Shown in pieces: positions 1-8,796 of a stretch of 57,541 nucleotides of DNA. The notes below the pieces were generated by a model. It saw only the letters and a list, made by a program, of their open reading frames with translations. It did not search any database and had not been told where the DNA came from. Source of the DNA: a virus. Its lineage: Duplodnaviria > Caudoviricetes. A program made the position numbers and the translations under genes. Positions within the stretch are counted from its first letter, which is position 1. The number at the start of each line of letters is the position of its first letter. The stretch is taken from IMG/VR virus record IMGVR_UViG_3300025128_000038, positions 1-57,541 of that record; one strand, given 5' to 3'.

Positions 1-167
1 TAGTTAAGATCGAACATAGTTTTTTTCCTTCCTTTTTTTGTTAAAAAATAATTGTTATTATTGATGAGAAATAATCAATAATAAATATTGTTAAAATAAT
101 TATGGGTAATGTGTAATCACTCTCGTAAATTCTTATAATCATTTTTTCAAGATTGTCAAGAACATTT

Positions 168-422
168 TTAATTTGGTGTGAAATCATAGACAAACTCCCA
201 TTTATTTAATTTATTAGCTTTGATTTTTACATTTGGGTCTTTGATTAAATCAGCTACAAATTCCTTTAATTGATTGCTTAGAAATTCTGGAGTAGCAAAA
301 TTTGTTTCAAAAAACTTGATCCATAATGAGCCATGATCTTTTAAAATTTCTTCATCTAGGTCTTTGATTAATAGTTGCCTGTTCCAGTGTAAATTTCTTA
401 AAGTTTCAAAATGTTTAATCAT
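168..422 (-). CDS. hypothetical early protein
   Basis: 84-aa ORF directly after 424..609 on the same strand; no recognised motif. Confidence 0.55.
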   Translation of the reverse strand: MIKHFETLRNLHWNRQLLIKDLDEEILKDHGSLWIKFFETNFATPEFLSNQLKEFVADLIKDPNVKIKANKLNKWEFVYDFTPN

Positions 423-423
423 A

Positions 424-609
424 TTATTTTACCCCCAATTCATTCCAGAAATTATCCAGCGGATTTTCATTATCTCGCTGAGATATTGGAACATATTTTT
501 TCATATCAGACGTACTCATATTTTGAGCAATGGGTCTGATAATATTTCTTGATAGCCTTGAACAGTTAGAAATTGCTTGTTCAATAAGTTGATCTCTTAT
601 GCTTTGCAT
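424..609 (-). CDS. hypothetical early protein
   Basis: 61-aa ORF with GAGG RBS upstream. Confidence 0.55.
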   Translation of the reverse strand: MQSIRDQLIEQAISNCSRLSRNIIRPIAQNMSTSDMKKYVPISQRDNENPLDNFWNELGVK

Positions 610-738
610 TAGTCCTCGCTTTCATCTTGGTTGGTTAAGTGCGAATTGTTGTAGTTAGTATCAGATAGCAATTCATCGCAATCATAACTATCGAATTCAT
701 CAGTAATAAGAAGCTGAAGCATTTTCATATTTTCCATA

Positions 739-1020
739 TTAAATCTCCATTCCATATTTTTTCAGCTCGGTTGCTAACATTTTACGATTTTTGCCCCTCG
801 CTTTTTCGTAGGCTTTGATTAACCCCCGTTGATAGTTGGTGGCATATTCCCAGCCCTTGTACATATCTTTTTGGCTTCTCCAATGGCTTTTAGCTTTGTC
901 TGTTGGTAGCTTGATCCACTCACCAGATTCTTCATCAAAATGGTTTGGAAGCCCTTTGATATCTCCTGCATCTTTGAACACTTGGACTGTGTTCCATACT
1001 CGGCTTGATCTCATTGTCAT
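739..1020 (-). CDS. hypothetical early protein, first gene of the leftward unit
   Basis: ATG at 1020 preceded by GAGAGAGGG RBS (the track extends it to a TTG at 1038); promoter at 1089-1117. Confidence 0.65.
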   Translation of the reverse strand: MTMRSSRVWNTVQVFKDAGDIKGLPNHFDEESGEWIKLPTDKAKSHWRSQKDMYKGWEYATNYQRGLIKAYEKARGKNRKMLATELKKYGMEI

Positions 1021-1042
1021 AGTTTGACCCTCTCTCAAAATT

Positions 1043-1067
1043 CTAATTGAGAATCATTCTCAACTAG
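1043..1067. promoter_or_regulatory. palindromic operator, Fur-box-like
   Basis: CTAATTGAGAATCATTCTCAACTAG: perfect 17-bp core 1047-1063, 25 bp with one mismatched pair; resembles the 7-1-7 TGA(T/G)AATnATT(A/C)TCA Fur box. Confidence 0.55.
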
Positions 1068-1088
1068 GTATCGCTTGGATATGGGTGG

Positions 1089-1117
1089 AGTATAGGCTCA
1101 TTCGAAAAAAATGTCCA
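1089..1117 (-). promoter_or_regulatory. sigma70-type early promoter
   Basis: TGGACA-17bp-TATACT on the minus strand. Confidence 0.6.
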
Positions 1118-1214
1118 ATCAAGAAATATTACAAAATATTACAAGGCTTTGCCTTAATTCGTTCACCCTTTGTTCCATAAGGTTTTCAAGGGGTTGCGAG
1201 GGGGGAGATGCCCT

Positions 1215-1240
1215 CACATACTAGCACATACTAGCATATA
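1215..1240. repeat. 10-bp tandem repeat
   Basis: CACATACTAG CACATACTAG CATATA; a second tandem AATATTACAA x2 at about 1124-1144. Confidence 0.7.
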
Positions 1241-1444
1241 ATCTCAGTAGTCATAGGGCTTCTGGTGGGGGTGGTTTGGGGTGGGTGACCTAGTGGGCAT
1301 ATAGGTAAGAACTACTGACCTATTCCCTGGCTGTTTTTCTGCGGGGGAGGGGTATGATCGGCAACCCCCCACCCCAAAAATTCAGGCTGGTACTCTCTAT
1401 ACTATACCACCTCAAAAAATTTTAGCAAAATTTGAACTTTTTTT

Positions 1445-1564
1445 TAAAAATGATGGGCGTGCCCCCTTTCTAGTGGGGGAGGAAGCACTGTGAGAGAGTG
1501 TGAGTGTGTGATCGTGCTTGTATAATCCTCCCCCGTACAGGAGACGTATCACATTGCGTGATAC
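1445..1564 (-). ncRNA. candidate structured small RNA divergent from terS
   Basis: Starts at the predicted TSS of promoter 1571-1599; 5' hairpin 1546-1564; long stem GGGGGAGGA/TCCTCCCCC plus AAGCAC/GTGCTT enclosing a CA-rich loop; 3' end uncertain. Confidence 0.45.
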
Positions 1565-1570
1565 AATCAT

Positions 1571-1599
1571 ATTATAAAGCAACAACACTTGCATTGCAA
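1571..1599 (-). promoter_or_regulatory. sigma70 promoter overlapping the terS promoter divergently
   Basis: TTGCAA-17bp-TATAAT on the minus strand. Confidence 0.6.
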
Positions 1600-1617
1600 C
1601 CTTTAATATTGTATAAT
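1589..1617 (+). promoter_or_regulatory. sigma70 promoter for terS, probably a leaderless mRNA
   Basis: TTGCAT-17bp-TATAAT; ATG 6 nt after the -10 with no SD. Confidence 0.7.
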
Positions 1618-1623
1618 TAACAT

Positions 1624-2088
1624 ATGGCTGATAAGAAATCAGATACTAATAAACCGCTAACTGGCAAACAAGAACTTTTCTGTCAAGAATTCATTAAAGA
1701 TCTCAATGCTGTACAAGCGGCAGTTCGTGCAGGCTATCTACCTCAACATGCAAAAAAGAATGCTTATACTTTTTTGAGGCATGCAGGCATAGCGGCCCGA
1801 ATTTCTGAACTTAAAGCCGACTCAATGAAGCGTACGAAAATTGAGGCGGATGATATTCTGCGCAGACTTATACGTATTGCTGAAAGAACAGAACAAGAAG
1901 GCGATTATAATGCTGCCATCCGTTCCCTTGAGCTCCTTGGTAAACACCAGGCTTTATGGACAGATAAGAACATCACGGAAATTACAAATGCATTTGCTAC
2001 TGGAAACAGTGACGAGGATATCTTACGTGATGTTGAGCGTTTAAAAAAAATAGCAGCGCCTAAATTAAAATTAGTAAAAGGAAAATAA
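1624..2088 (+). CDS. terS: terminase small subunit
   Basis: LTGKQELFCQEFIKDLNAVQAAVRAGY N-terminal HTH and ELLGKH C-terminal motif typical of Terminase_2. Confidence 0.9.
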   Translation: MADKKSDTNKPLTGKQELFCQEFIKDLNAVQAAVRAGYLPQHAKKNAYTFLRHAGIAARISELKADSMKRTKIEADDILRRLIRIAERTEQEGDYNAAIRSLELLGKHQALWTDKNITEITNAFATGNSDEDILRDVERLKKIAAPKLKLVKGK

Positions 2089-2092
2089 TATT

Positions 2093-2314
2093 ATGGCAAC
2101 ACCAGGCCCAAAACAAAACAAAAAAAGAACAATTAGTTCACCATTTAGAGGTGAAGCAGGACAGAAACTTTTCAAAGTTCCTGGAGTAAATGTTTTAACA
2201 GAATCTAAAAAAGAAGCAAAAGCAATGTATGGCAATAAGTCTTTGATGAAAACTTTAAGAGAAAAAAATAAGAAGTTGCCCAAAGATGCATATATGCGAA
2301 TGTCTTATAAATAA
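2093..2314 (+). CDS. small basic protein
   Basis: 73 aa, K/R-rich, in operon. Confidence 0.65.
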   Translation: MATPGPKQNKKRTISSPFRGEAGQKLFKVPGVNVLTESKKEAKAMYGNKSLMKTLREKNKKLPKDAYMRMSYK

Positions 2315-2336
2315 TTAATATTTAAAGGAGAAAACT

Positions 2337-2483
2337 ATGCCACTAGTAGTAGTAGACGAACCAAAAAAGAAAAAATCAAAGAGCCCACATAAAGACCCTA
2401 GTTCTAAAATTGGTGAAAGTAGATCACATATGCCAAAGGAACAAGACGGCAAAACTCAACAACAAAAGAAGATAGGGATATAA
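2337..2483 (+). CDS. small basic protein (48 aa, not in ORF track)
   Basis: AAGGAG RBS; MPLVVVDEPKKKKSKSPHK... Confidence 0.6.
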   Translation: MPLVVVDEPKKKKSKSPHKDPSSKIGESRSHMPKEQDGKTQQQKKIGI

Positions 2484-2485
2484 TT

Positions 2486-2800
2486 ATGCCAGAAGGTAAA
2501 GGCACATACGGATCTAAAATTGGAAGACCGAAAAAAAATCCAGGCGATGTTCAAAGAGAATCCGCTAGTAAAAGGAAACAAGAAGAATTAAAAAATAAAT
2601 CTAAATGGAAATCTACTCCTAATCGACCTAAAACAAAACCGCCGTCTAATTGGATGGAAAGAAGAAGAGGAGATCCAAAAGACTATTTTTTAAATAAGAT
2701 TATACCCGCAGGTGGAATCGCTGGCGGAGCAAAGAAGCTTGTTGATTTACTAAAAAAATCTGGTGCTGGTTATTCTGGTTCAGGTGATTATAAAGAATAA
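2486..2800 (+). CDS. small basic protein
   Basis: N-terminal MPEGKGTYGSKIGRPKK, a motif recurrent in marine phage mini-proteins. Confidence 0.7.
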   Translation: MPEGKGTYGSKIGRPKKNPGDVQRESASKRKQEELKNKSKWKSTPNRPKTKPPSNWMERRRGDPKDYFLNKIIPAGGIAGGAKKLVDLLKKSGAGYSGSGDYKE

Positions 2801-2907
2801 TGAAGAAAAAACAATTTTTAAAAAATAGACAAAAATGGAAATTACAAACAGTATTTGATATTGTTGTAATTGTTGCCATTATATTAATAGGAGTAAAAAT
2901 ATGGTAG
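2800..2907 (+). CDS. 35-aa single-TM peptide (not in track)
   Basis: TAATG coupling; basic N-terminus then IVVIVAIILIGV. Confidence 0.5.
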   Translation: MKKKQFLKNRQKWKLQTVFDIVVIVAIILIGVKIW

Positions 2908-3218
2908 ACTCAGCAGCAAGTAAAGTGCGAAAAGGAAAAGAGCCTATACCAGTAGAGGTACGCAAATTAAAAAGAAAAAGACAAATAAATACACCCAAAG
3001 ATACAAAGTTTGTCAAAGGAGCAAAAGGGGTCGTAAAGAGTTTTAAAAAGGCATATAAAGAAGGCAATGTGCCAACAACTGTACCTTGGGCTATAAAAAA
3101 AATGGGATATGATATTAAAAAAACAAGACAAAAATCTGGGCCAAAAGGTAGACCAGGTTCACAAATACACAAAGCAACAAGTGTAAAAAGATCTGGTGCT
3201 AATTACTCTGGCGATTAA
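2901..3218 (+). CDS. small basic protein
   Basis: AGGAG RBS; K/R-rich. Confidence 0.7.
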   Translation: MVDSAASKVRKGKEPIPVEVRKLKRKRQINTPKDTKFVKGAKGVVKSFKKAYKEGNVPTTVPWAIKKMGYDIKKTRQKSGPKGRPGSQIHKATSVKRSGANYSGD

Positions 3219-3349
3219 TAATTAATTTTATTTGAAAAAACAAAAACCCCCTCCCCCTAAAAATAAAGAACCCAATCCTCTTGATGAGTTTTGGAAAACC
3301 TTGGGCTGTGACCCCAAGACAGGAAAGCCTGTTAAAAAAAGGAGAGATT

Positions 3350-3469
3350 ATGAAAGGTAAATTACTACAACCAGATTTGGATTTATACGATCCATCAAAA
3401 CCGATAGAGGATTTGTGGAAGTATTTAGCTTTATGGGGGCACCATGCATATATTGTCCAAAGAGGATAG
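3350..3469 (+). CDS. hypothetical peptide overlapping the terL start
   Basis: AAGGAGAG RBS before ATG 3350. Confidence 0.4.
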   Translation: MKGKLLQPDLDLYDPSKPIEDLWKYLALWGHHAYIVQRG

Positions 3470-5000
3470 AGATGCGGCCACTCGTTTAGCTGTAATAACA
3501 GCACGTGATGACTTGCTTGCATTTATTATGTTAATGAATCCAAGCTTTAGTGTAGGCCCACATCATAGATTACTCTGTGATGAATTGATGAAATTAGAAA
3601 AAAATGAAATAGATCGTCTTATGGTATTTATTTCACCACGTTCTTCTAAATCTTTAATTACTTCTACATACTTTCCTGCATGGGCTTTAGGGCGTAACCC
3701 ATATTGGCAAGAGATTGCTGTATCACATAGTGATGATTTAGCAACTAGATTTGGTAGATCAATTAGAGATATAATTAATTCTCCTGCTTATCAAACTATA
3801 TTCCCTAAAATAAATATTCGTAAAGATAATCGCTCGGCAAATAGTTGGGCACTAGAACATAACAAGAATCAAGCTGGCTCATTTCTCGCAGCAGGTTCTG
3901 GATCAGGTATCGCTGGTTTTGGTGCTCACTTAGCAATCATTGATGACCCTATATCTGAGCAAGATGCTTATTCAAAGACTCGAAGAGAACATTTGAATAA
4001 CTGGTACGCTTCAGGATTACGTACAAGGCTTATGCCTGGTGGTAAAATTGTACTAGTTATGACTAGATGGCATGAAAATGACTTAGCAGGTCATCTTTTA
4101 AGCGCCGAAGATAGTGGAGTTATGGCAGATAAGTGGTCTGTTGTCAGGATTCCTGCCCTAAATACTACAGAATCTACTGCTAAATTAAAGAAAGCTAGGG
4201 AAGATCTAATAAAACAGGGGTATTTAACTGAAGAATACCCAAAATTAGAGCTAGGACAGTCTTTTTGGCCTGCATCTGATCGAGTTGAAGGGTTTTGTTG
4301 GACTACTGAAGAGCTTATTCGTACTAAAAACAACACACCTGCATTTAAATTTGATGCATTGTACAATCAAGCTCCTACAAGTGAAGAAGGGGGTATCATT
4401 AAAGAGAAATGGTGGCAAGATTGGAACAATACTACCCCACCAGAGTGCGAATATATTATACAATCGTGGGATACTGCGTTTTCTACACGTACTACCGCAG
4501 ATTATTCTGCAGTAACTACATGGGGTATCTTTAATTCAGGTTTAGATATGCCTAATTTAGTACTATTAGGAGCTGAAAGAGGACGATGGGACTTTCCTAC
4601 CTTAAGAGAAAAGGTAGTTGAAAAATTTAATGATCATAATCCAGATACTATTCTAATCGAGAAGAAAGCATCAGGTCAATCTTTAATACAAGACTTGCGT
4701 ATGACTGGTATTCCTATAGTTGACTACCAACCTGATCGAGATAAAGTGGCTAGAGCATATGCTATCACTTCATTATTTCATAACGGCAGAATCTATGCCC
4801 CCTTTAAGAAAGAATGGGCACGAGAAGTTATGGAAGAAGCTCGTACTTTTCCCGCAGGGGCACATGATGACTATATAGATACTCTAACTCAAGCTTTATT
4901 ATGGGTTCGTAATGGTGGATACATTACTCATGGGGATGATACTTGGCTTGACAAAGCCACAGAAAGTATTTATAATAGAGAAAAAAGATCGTACTATTAA
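3444..5000 (+). CDS. terL: terminase large subunit
   Basis: Walker A variant ISPRSSKS, Walker B IIDDP, coupling motif MTRW, nuclease motifs SWDTA/DYSA and HDDYID. Confidence 0.95.
   Translation: MHILSKEDRDAATRLAVITARDDLLAFIMLMNPSFSVGPHHRLLCDELMKLEKNEIDRLMVFISPRSSKSLITSTYFPAWALGRNPYWQEIAVSHSDDLATRFGRSIRDIINSPAYQTIFPKINIRKDNRSANSWALEHNKNQAGSFLAAGSGSGIAGFGAHLAIIDDPISEQDAYSKTRREHLNNWYASGLRTRLMPGGKIVLVMTRWHENDLAGHLLSAEDSGVMADKWSVVRIPALNTTESTAKLKKAREDLIKQGYLTEEYPKLELGQSFWPASDRVEGFCWTTEELIRTKNNTPAFKFDALYNQAPTSEEGGIIKEKWWQDWNNTTPPECEYIIQSWDTAFSTRTTADYSAVTTWGIFNSGLDMPNLVLLGAERGRWDFPTLREKVVEKFNDHNPDTILIEKKASGQSLIQDLRMTGIPIVDYQPDRDKVARAYAITSLFHNGRIYAPFKKEWAREVMEEARTFPAGAHDDYIDTLTQALLWVRNGGYITHGDDTWLDKATESIYNREKRSYY
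4948..4976 (+). promoter_or_regulatory. sigma70 promoter for portal, inside the terL 3' end
   Basis: Perfect TTGACA-17bp-TATAAT. Confidence 0.8.
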
Positions 5001-5021
5001 TAGGAGACAATAAGGAAAGAT

Positions 5022-7574
5022 ATGGCTATTGAAAAAGTTATTACTCCAGATTTGGAGACACCTTCAATCACAATACCAACTGATGAAGATATAAAATTAG
5101 ATGAAGCAGGTAATGCAGAAATAACACTACAAGACGATCAAGTATTAGCTGAAGCAGAAGCTATGGGTTTAATGGATGAACCTATGCAAATGTCATCAGA
5201 TCATGATGCTAATTTAGTTGAGTTGATGGAAGAACAAGATATTTCTGAAGTTGCAAATGACTTGTATGCAGGCTATCAAATTGATAAAGAATCCAGAGGA
5301 GACTATGATGATATTGCAGAAGATGGTGTAAATTTATTAGGATTATCTTATGATGAAGGTAATCAACCTTTTCCTGGAGCATGTGGTTCAACACATCCTA
5401 TCCTTGCACAATCAGTTGTAAAATTTCAAGCTAAAGCATTTAAAGAATTATTTCCAACCGAAGGGCCTGTACGTACTCGTATTATGGGAGTACAAACAGA
5501 ACAAAAATTAGCACAAGCTAATCGTGTTAGAGATTTTATGAATTGGCAAACTCAAACTCAAATGCCAGAGTATGGGCCTGAATTAGATCGTTTGTTATTT
5601 CATGTAGCATTATATGGTTCTTCATTTAAAAAAACATATTGGGATGCACCTTTAAATAGACCTCGTACTGAATATATTAAAGCTCAAGATTTTTATATAG
5701 ATTATTATGCTTCTAACTTAGAAACAGCAGAACGCTATACACATCGTTATACTTTATCACAAAATCAAATTAGAAAATTACAACTTGCAGGATTATTTGC
5801 AGAAGTTGATTATATTGAAGACACTAATGTTTCCGACTCAGCTGCACAAGATGCAGAAAATGAAGTTGTTGGTTTAAGTAAACCATCTAACACAGATCGA
5901 GTAGAAATTTTAGAAATGCATGTTGATGCAGATATTCCAGGATTTGAAGATCCTGATGGAGTTAAACTTCCTTATATTGTTTACATGACAGCGGATCAAA
6001 AAGTTTTATCTATTAGAAGAAACTGGGATATAGACGATCCATTTAAAAAGAAAAAATTATATTTTACACATTACACTATGATACCTGGTTTAGGTTTTTA
6101 TGGTTATGGTTATTTACATTTGATAGGTGGTCTAACAAAGACTGCCACTTCTTCAATGCGCCAGCTTATAGATGCTGGAACATTTGCTAACTTACCAGGT
6201 GGCTTTAAAGCACACGGATTACGTGTCTTAGCACCCGATGAGCCTATTGCTCCTGGTGAATGGCGTGAAGTAAATAGTCCAGCTGGTGATCTTGGAAAGT
6301 CTTTACAGCCTTTACCGTTTAAAGAACCATCAAGTACATTAATGAATCTAATGCAATATGTAACTAATGCCGCACGAGAATTTGCTGATGCTACAGATAA
6401 TGTAGTTGAATCAGGAAGTAACTACGGGCCAGTTGGTACAACTATGGCACTACTAGAACAATCTAGTAAACTATTTGCAGCAGTTCATAAAAGAATGCAC
6501 GAATCACAAACAAAAGATTTAAGAATATTAGCAAGATTAGACCAAGAATATTTACCATCTGTTTATCCTTATCAAGTATCAGGCGGCGCTCAACAAGTAT
6601 TTAGTCAAGATTTTAATTTAAAAAATATTGATGTTATTCCTGTATCAGATCCTAATATGCCTACTGAAGCACATAGGATTGCTAAGATAAATGCAATAAT
6701 GTCTATTGCACAACAAAATCCTCAACAATATAATATGGCATTAATTAGTCAAGAGTTATTCCAAGCAATGGGAGTTGAAGATCCTAAAAGATATTTAGCT
6801 CAATCACGTCCACCATTTACTGGTGATCCGATTACTGAAAATATGGCAGCTATGAAAGGGGCACCTTTAAAAGCTAGCATTGAACAAAATCATGATGCTC
6901 ATATAATTGTACATGGAACCATGTTACAAAATCCTGCATATGCAGAAAATAGACAAATGCAACAAATTTTAATGGCACATATACAAGAACATTTATCTAT
7001 GAAGTATAGACAAGAAATGGCACAAATGGTTGGTGATCCACAATTGCAACAAATAATTATGTCCAATCCACCACAGCCTCAACCAGGACAACCTAAACCA
7101 CCAAACCCACCACAGCTTCCACCTGAATTAGAAAATAGAATTGCTATGGCTGCTGCTAATGCTTCAGATAAAGTATTACAACTTGATGAAGAGAAAGCTA
7201 AAATTATGGCTGGTGAAAAGAAAGATCCTCAAATTGAATTGCAAGAAAAAGATTTAGCATTACGTGCACAAAAAATGATGAATGATATAAAAATACATCA
7301 AGATAAAATGGCACTACAAGAAGCTCAAACTATTATCAAAGATGAAAATGCTGATGAAGATAGAAAAATAAGAGAAGCACAAGTAGTAGTTAATGCTATA
7401 AATGATGATAAAGAAATGGAATTAGAAAAATATGATAGATATCTTGAAACTGCTAAAACTATTTCTGATCATACAAATAAAGAAGAAGATAGGAAACAAG
7501 AACTAGTAGAGAAAGCTATGGATGTAGCTGCTAAAACTGGAGCTAGTATGGTTAAAGTTACTGGAGATATTTAA
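5022..7574 (+). CDS. portal protein
   Basis: 850 aa after terL; PFPGAC..HP, GSSFKKTYWD, PGLGFYGYG motifs and C-terminal coiled coil. Confidence 0.88.
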   Translation: MAIEKVITPDLETPSITIPTDEDIKLDEAGNAEITLQDDQVLAEAEAMGLMDEPMQMSSDHDANLVELMEEQDISEVANDLYAGYQIDKESRGDYDDIAEDGVNLLGLSYDEGNQPFPGACGSTHPILAQSVVKFQAKAFKELFPTEGPVRTRIMGVQTEQKLAQANRVRDFMNWQTQTQMPEYGPELDRLLFHVALYGSSFKKTYWDAPLNRPRTEYIKAQDFYIDYYASNLETAERYTHRYTLSQNQIRKLQLAGLFAEVDYIEDTNVSDSAAQDAENEVVGLSKPSNTDRVEILEMHVDADIPGFEDPDGVKLPYIVYMTADQKVLSIRRNWDIDDPFKKKKLYFTHYTMIPGLGFYGYGYLHLIGGLTKTATSSMRQLIDAGTFANLPGGFKAHGLRVLAPDEPIAPGEWREVNSPAGDLGKSLQPLPFKEPSSTLMNLMQYVTNAAREFADATDNVVESGSNYGPVGTTMALLEQSSKLFAAVHKRMHESQTKDLRILARLDQEYLPSVYPYQVSGGAQQVFSQDFNLKNIDVIPVSDPNMPTEAHRIAKINAIMSIAQQNPQQYNMALISQELFQAMGVEDPKRYLAQSRPPFTGDPITENMAAMKGAPLKASIEQNHDAHIIVHGTMLQNPAYAENRQMQQILMAHIQEHLSMKYRQEMAQMVGDPQLQQIIMSNPPQPQPGQPKPPNPPQLPPELENRIAMAAANASDKVLQLDEEKAKIMAGEKKDPQIELQEKDLALRAQKMMNDIKIHQDKMALQEAQTIIKDENADEDRKIREAQVVVNAINDDKEMELEKYDRYLETAKTISDHTNKEEDRKQELVEKAMDVAAKTGASMVKVTGDI

Positions 7575-7579
7575 AAGTA

Positions 7580-7972
7580 ATGAAATTATCGGAAGCCACA
7601 AATATCAGTATGCCTGCCAAGAACCTTTTGGCAATTCTCGCAGCCGTTGCCATAGGAACTATGAGCTACTTCGGCGTAATTGAAAGACTTAACAAAATCG
7701 AAACAAATCAACAGCTAATGGCACAAGACATGGAAGCTGCTAATGATTTTATTGAGGGTGTCCCCAAAGGCACCATGGTCAGTCCACAAGTAAACGAGCT
7801 CTACATGCTCGTGGAATGGCTGTCAAAAACACAAGAAGAACTTCGTACACATGTTAACGCAGAGATTCCTGAAATTTCAAAATTAAATATGCAAATACAA
7901 TTCATTGAAGAACGTATGATAGATGTTGAAATGCTACTTGATAAAATTAGAGCGAATGGGTTATCACACTAA
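7580..7972 (+). CDS. membrane-anchored coiled-coil protein
   Basis: N-terminal TM LLAILAAVAIGTMSYFGV followed by heptad-like helix. Confidence 0.7.
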   Translation: MKLSEATNISMPAKNLLAILAAVAIGTMSYFGVIERLNKIETNQQLMAQDMEAANDFIEGVPKGTMVSPQVNELYMLVEWLSKTQEELRTHVNAEIPEISKLNMQIQFIEERMIDVEMLLDKIRANGLSH

Positions 7973-8205
7973 TGATTGAAACACTATTCGCAGTACTACT
8001 TATAACTAACGGTTCGATAATTGAGACAGTGCCAACTGAGGGAATGGCTGATTGTCTTAAAACCAAACGTGTAGCTATGCAAAACATTGGCCCCGATCAA
8101 GAGGGAATATTCATGCAGTGTGTGCAAGTGGAGGCTGAGGTTGAGATAGACATGGGGAGAAAGAGAATCATTAAGATCTTAACGGAGAATCCTACTGGAA
8201 ATTAA
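7972..8205 (+). CDS. hypothetical protein with hydrophobic N-terminus and two Cys
   Basis: TAATG-coupled to the upstream gene. Confidence 0.65.
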   Translation: MIETLFAVLLITNGSIIETVPTEGMADCLKTKRVAMQNIGPDQEGIFMQCVQVEAEVEIDMGRKRIIKILTENPTGN

Positions 8206-8342
8206 TGATAAAAACATTAAAAGATAATCCAGTAGCTAAAGCATTGAGAAGGCCTAAATATAAATCTCAAGTTATTAATAATAAAAAAAAATATTTAGAA
8301 GATACAAAAAAAATAATTGATCAAAAATTAAAAGATTATTAA
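8205..8342 (+). CDS. 45-aa basic peptide (not in track)
   Basis: TAATG coupling; NPVAKALRRPKYK motif common in phage mini-proteins. Confidence 0.55.
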   Translation: MIKTLKDNPVAKALRRPKYKSQVINNKKKYLEDTKKIIDQKLKDY

Positions 8343-8606
8343 ATGAACGAAAAAATTATTAGTATGTTAATTGGAATTTTAATTATGTTAGGTGGTTGGA
8401 GTCTTGCAAAAACTTTTACACTATCTACAACACAAGCTGTCTTAGATGATAAGGTTGATAAATTAGAAAGACATGTTGAAAAACTTCAAACTCAAATGGA
8501 TAATATGATAAATATGGATGAAGAAATTATGGAACAACATGAAAATTTATTTAGACAATTAGAAAATAATCAATCATCTTCAGGATATAACTATGGTTAT
8601 AACTAG
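8343..8606 (+). CDS. membrane-anchored coiled-coil protein
   Basis: N-terminal TM plus coiled coil. Confidence 0.65.
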   Translation: MNEKIISMLIGILIMLGGWSLAKTFTLSTTQAVLDDKVDKLERHVEKLQTQMDNMINMDEEIMEQHENLFRQLENNQSSSGYNYGYN

Positions 8607-8790
8607 AGCACAAACAGAACAAACAGTAAAACAAGGAATAAAAAAAATGCCTTTTAAATCTGAGAAGCAAAGAAAATATTTACATGCCAATGAACCCAAA
8701 CTTGCTAAAGAATGGGAGAAAAAATATGGCAAGAAAAAGAAGAAAAAAAAGAAGAAGAAAATAAGCAGTAGTTTAAAAAGAAATAAATAA
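8593..8790 (+). CDS. small basic protein with poly-Lys tail
   Basis: MPFKSEKQRKYLHANEP motif (alternative start 8647); ten consecutive Lys. Confidence 0.65.
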   Translation: MVITRAQTEQTVKQGIKKMPFKSEKQRKYLHANEPKLAKEWEKKYGKKKKKKKKKKISSSLKRNK

Positions 8791-8796
8791 AATTAC

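Noticed and set aside
1412-1594. 60-aa minus-strand ORF
   Set aside because: Starts inside the promoter boxes, upstream of the predicted TSS, with no RBS; better explained as structured RNA
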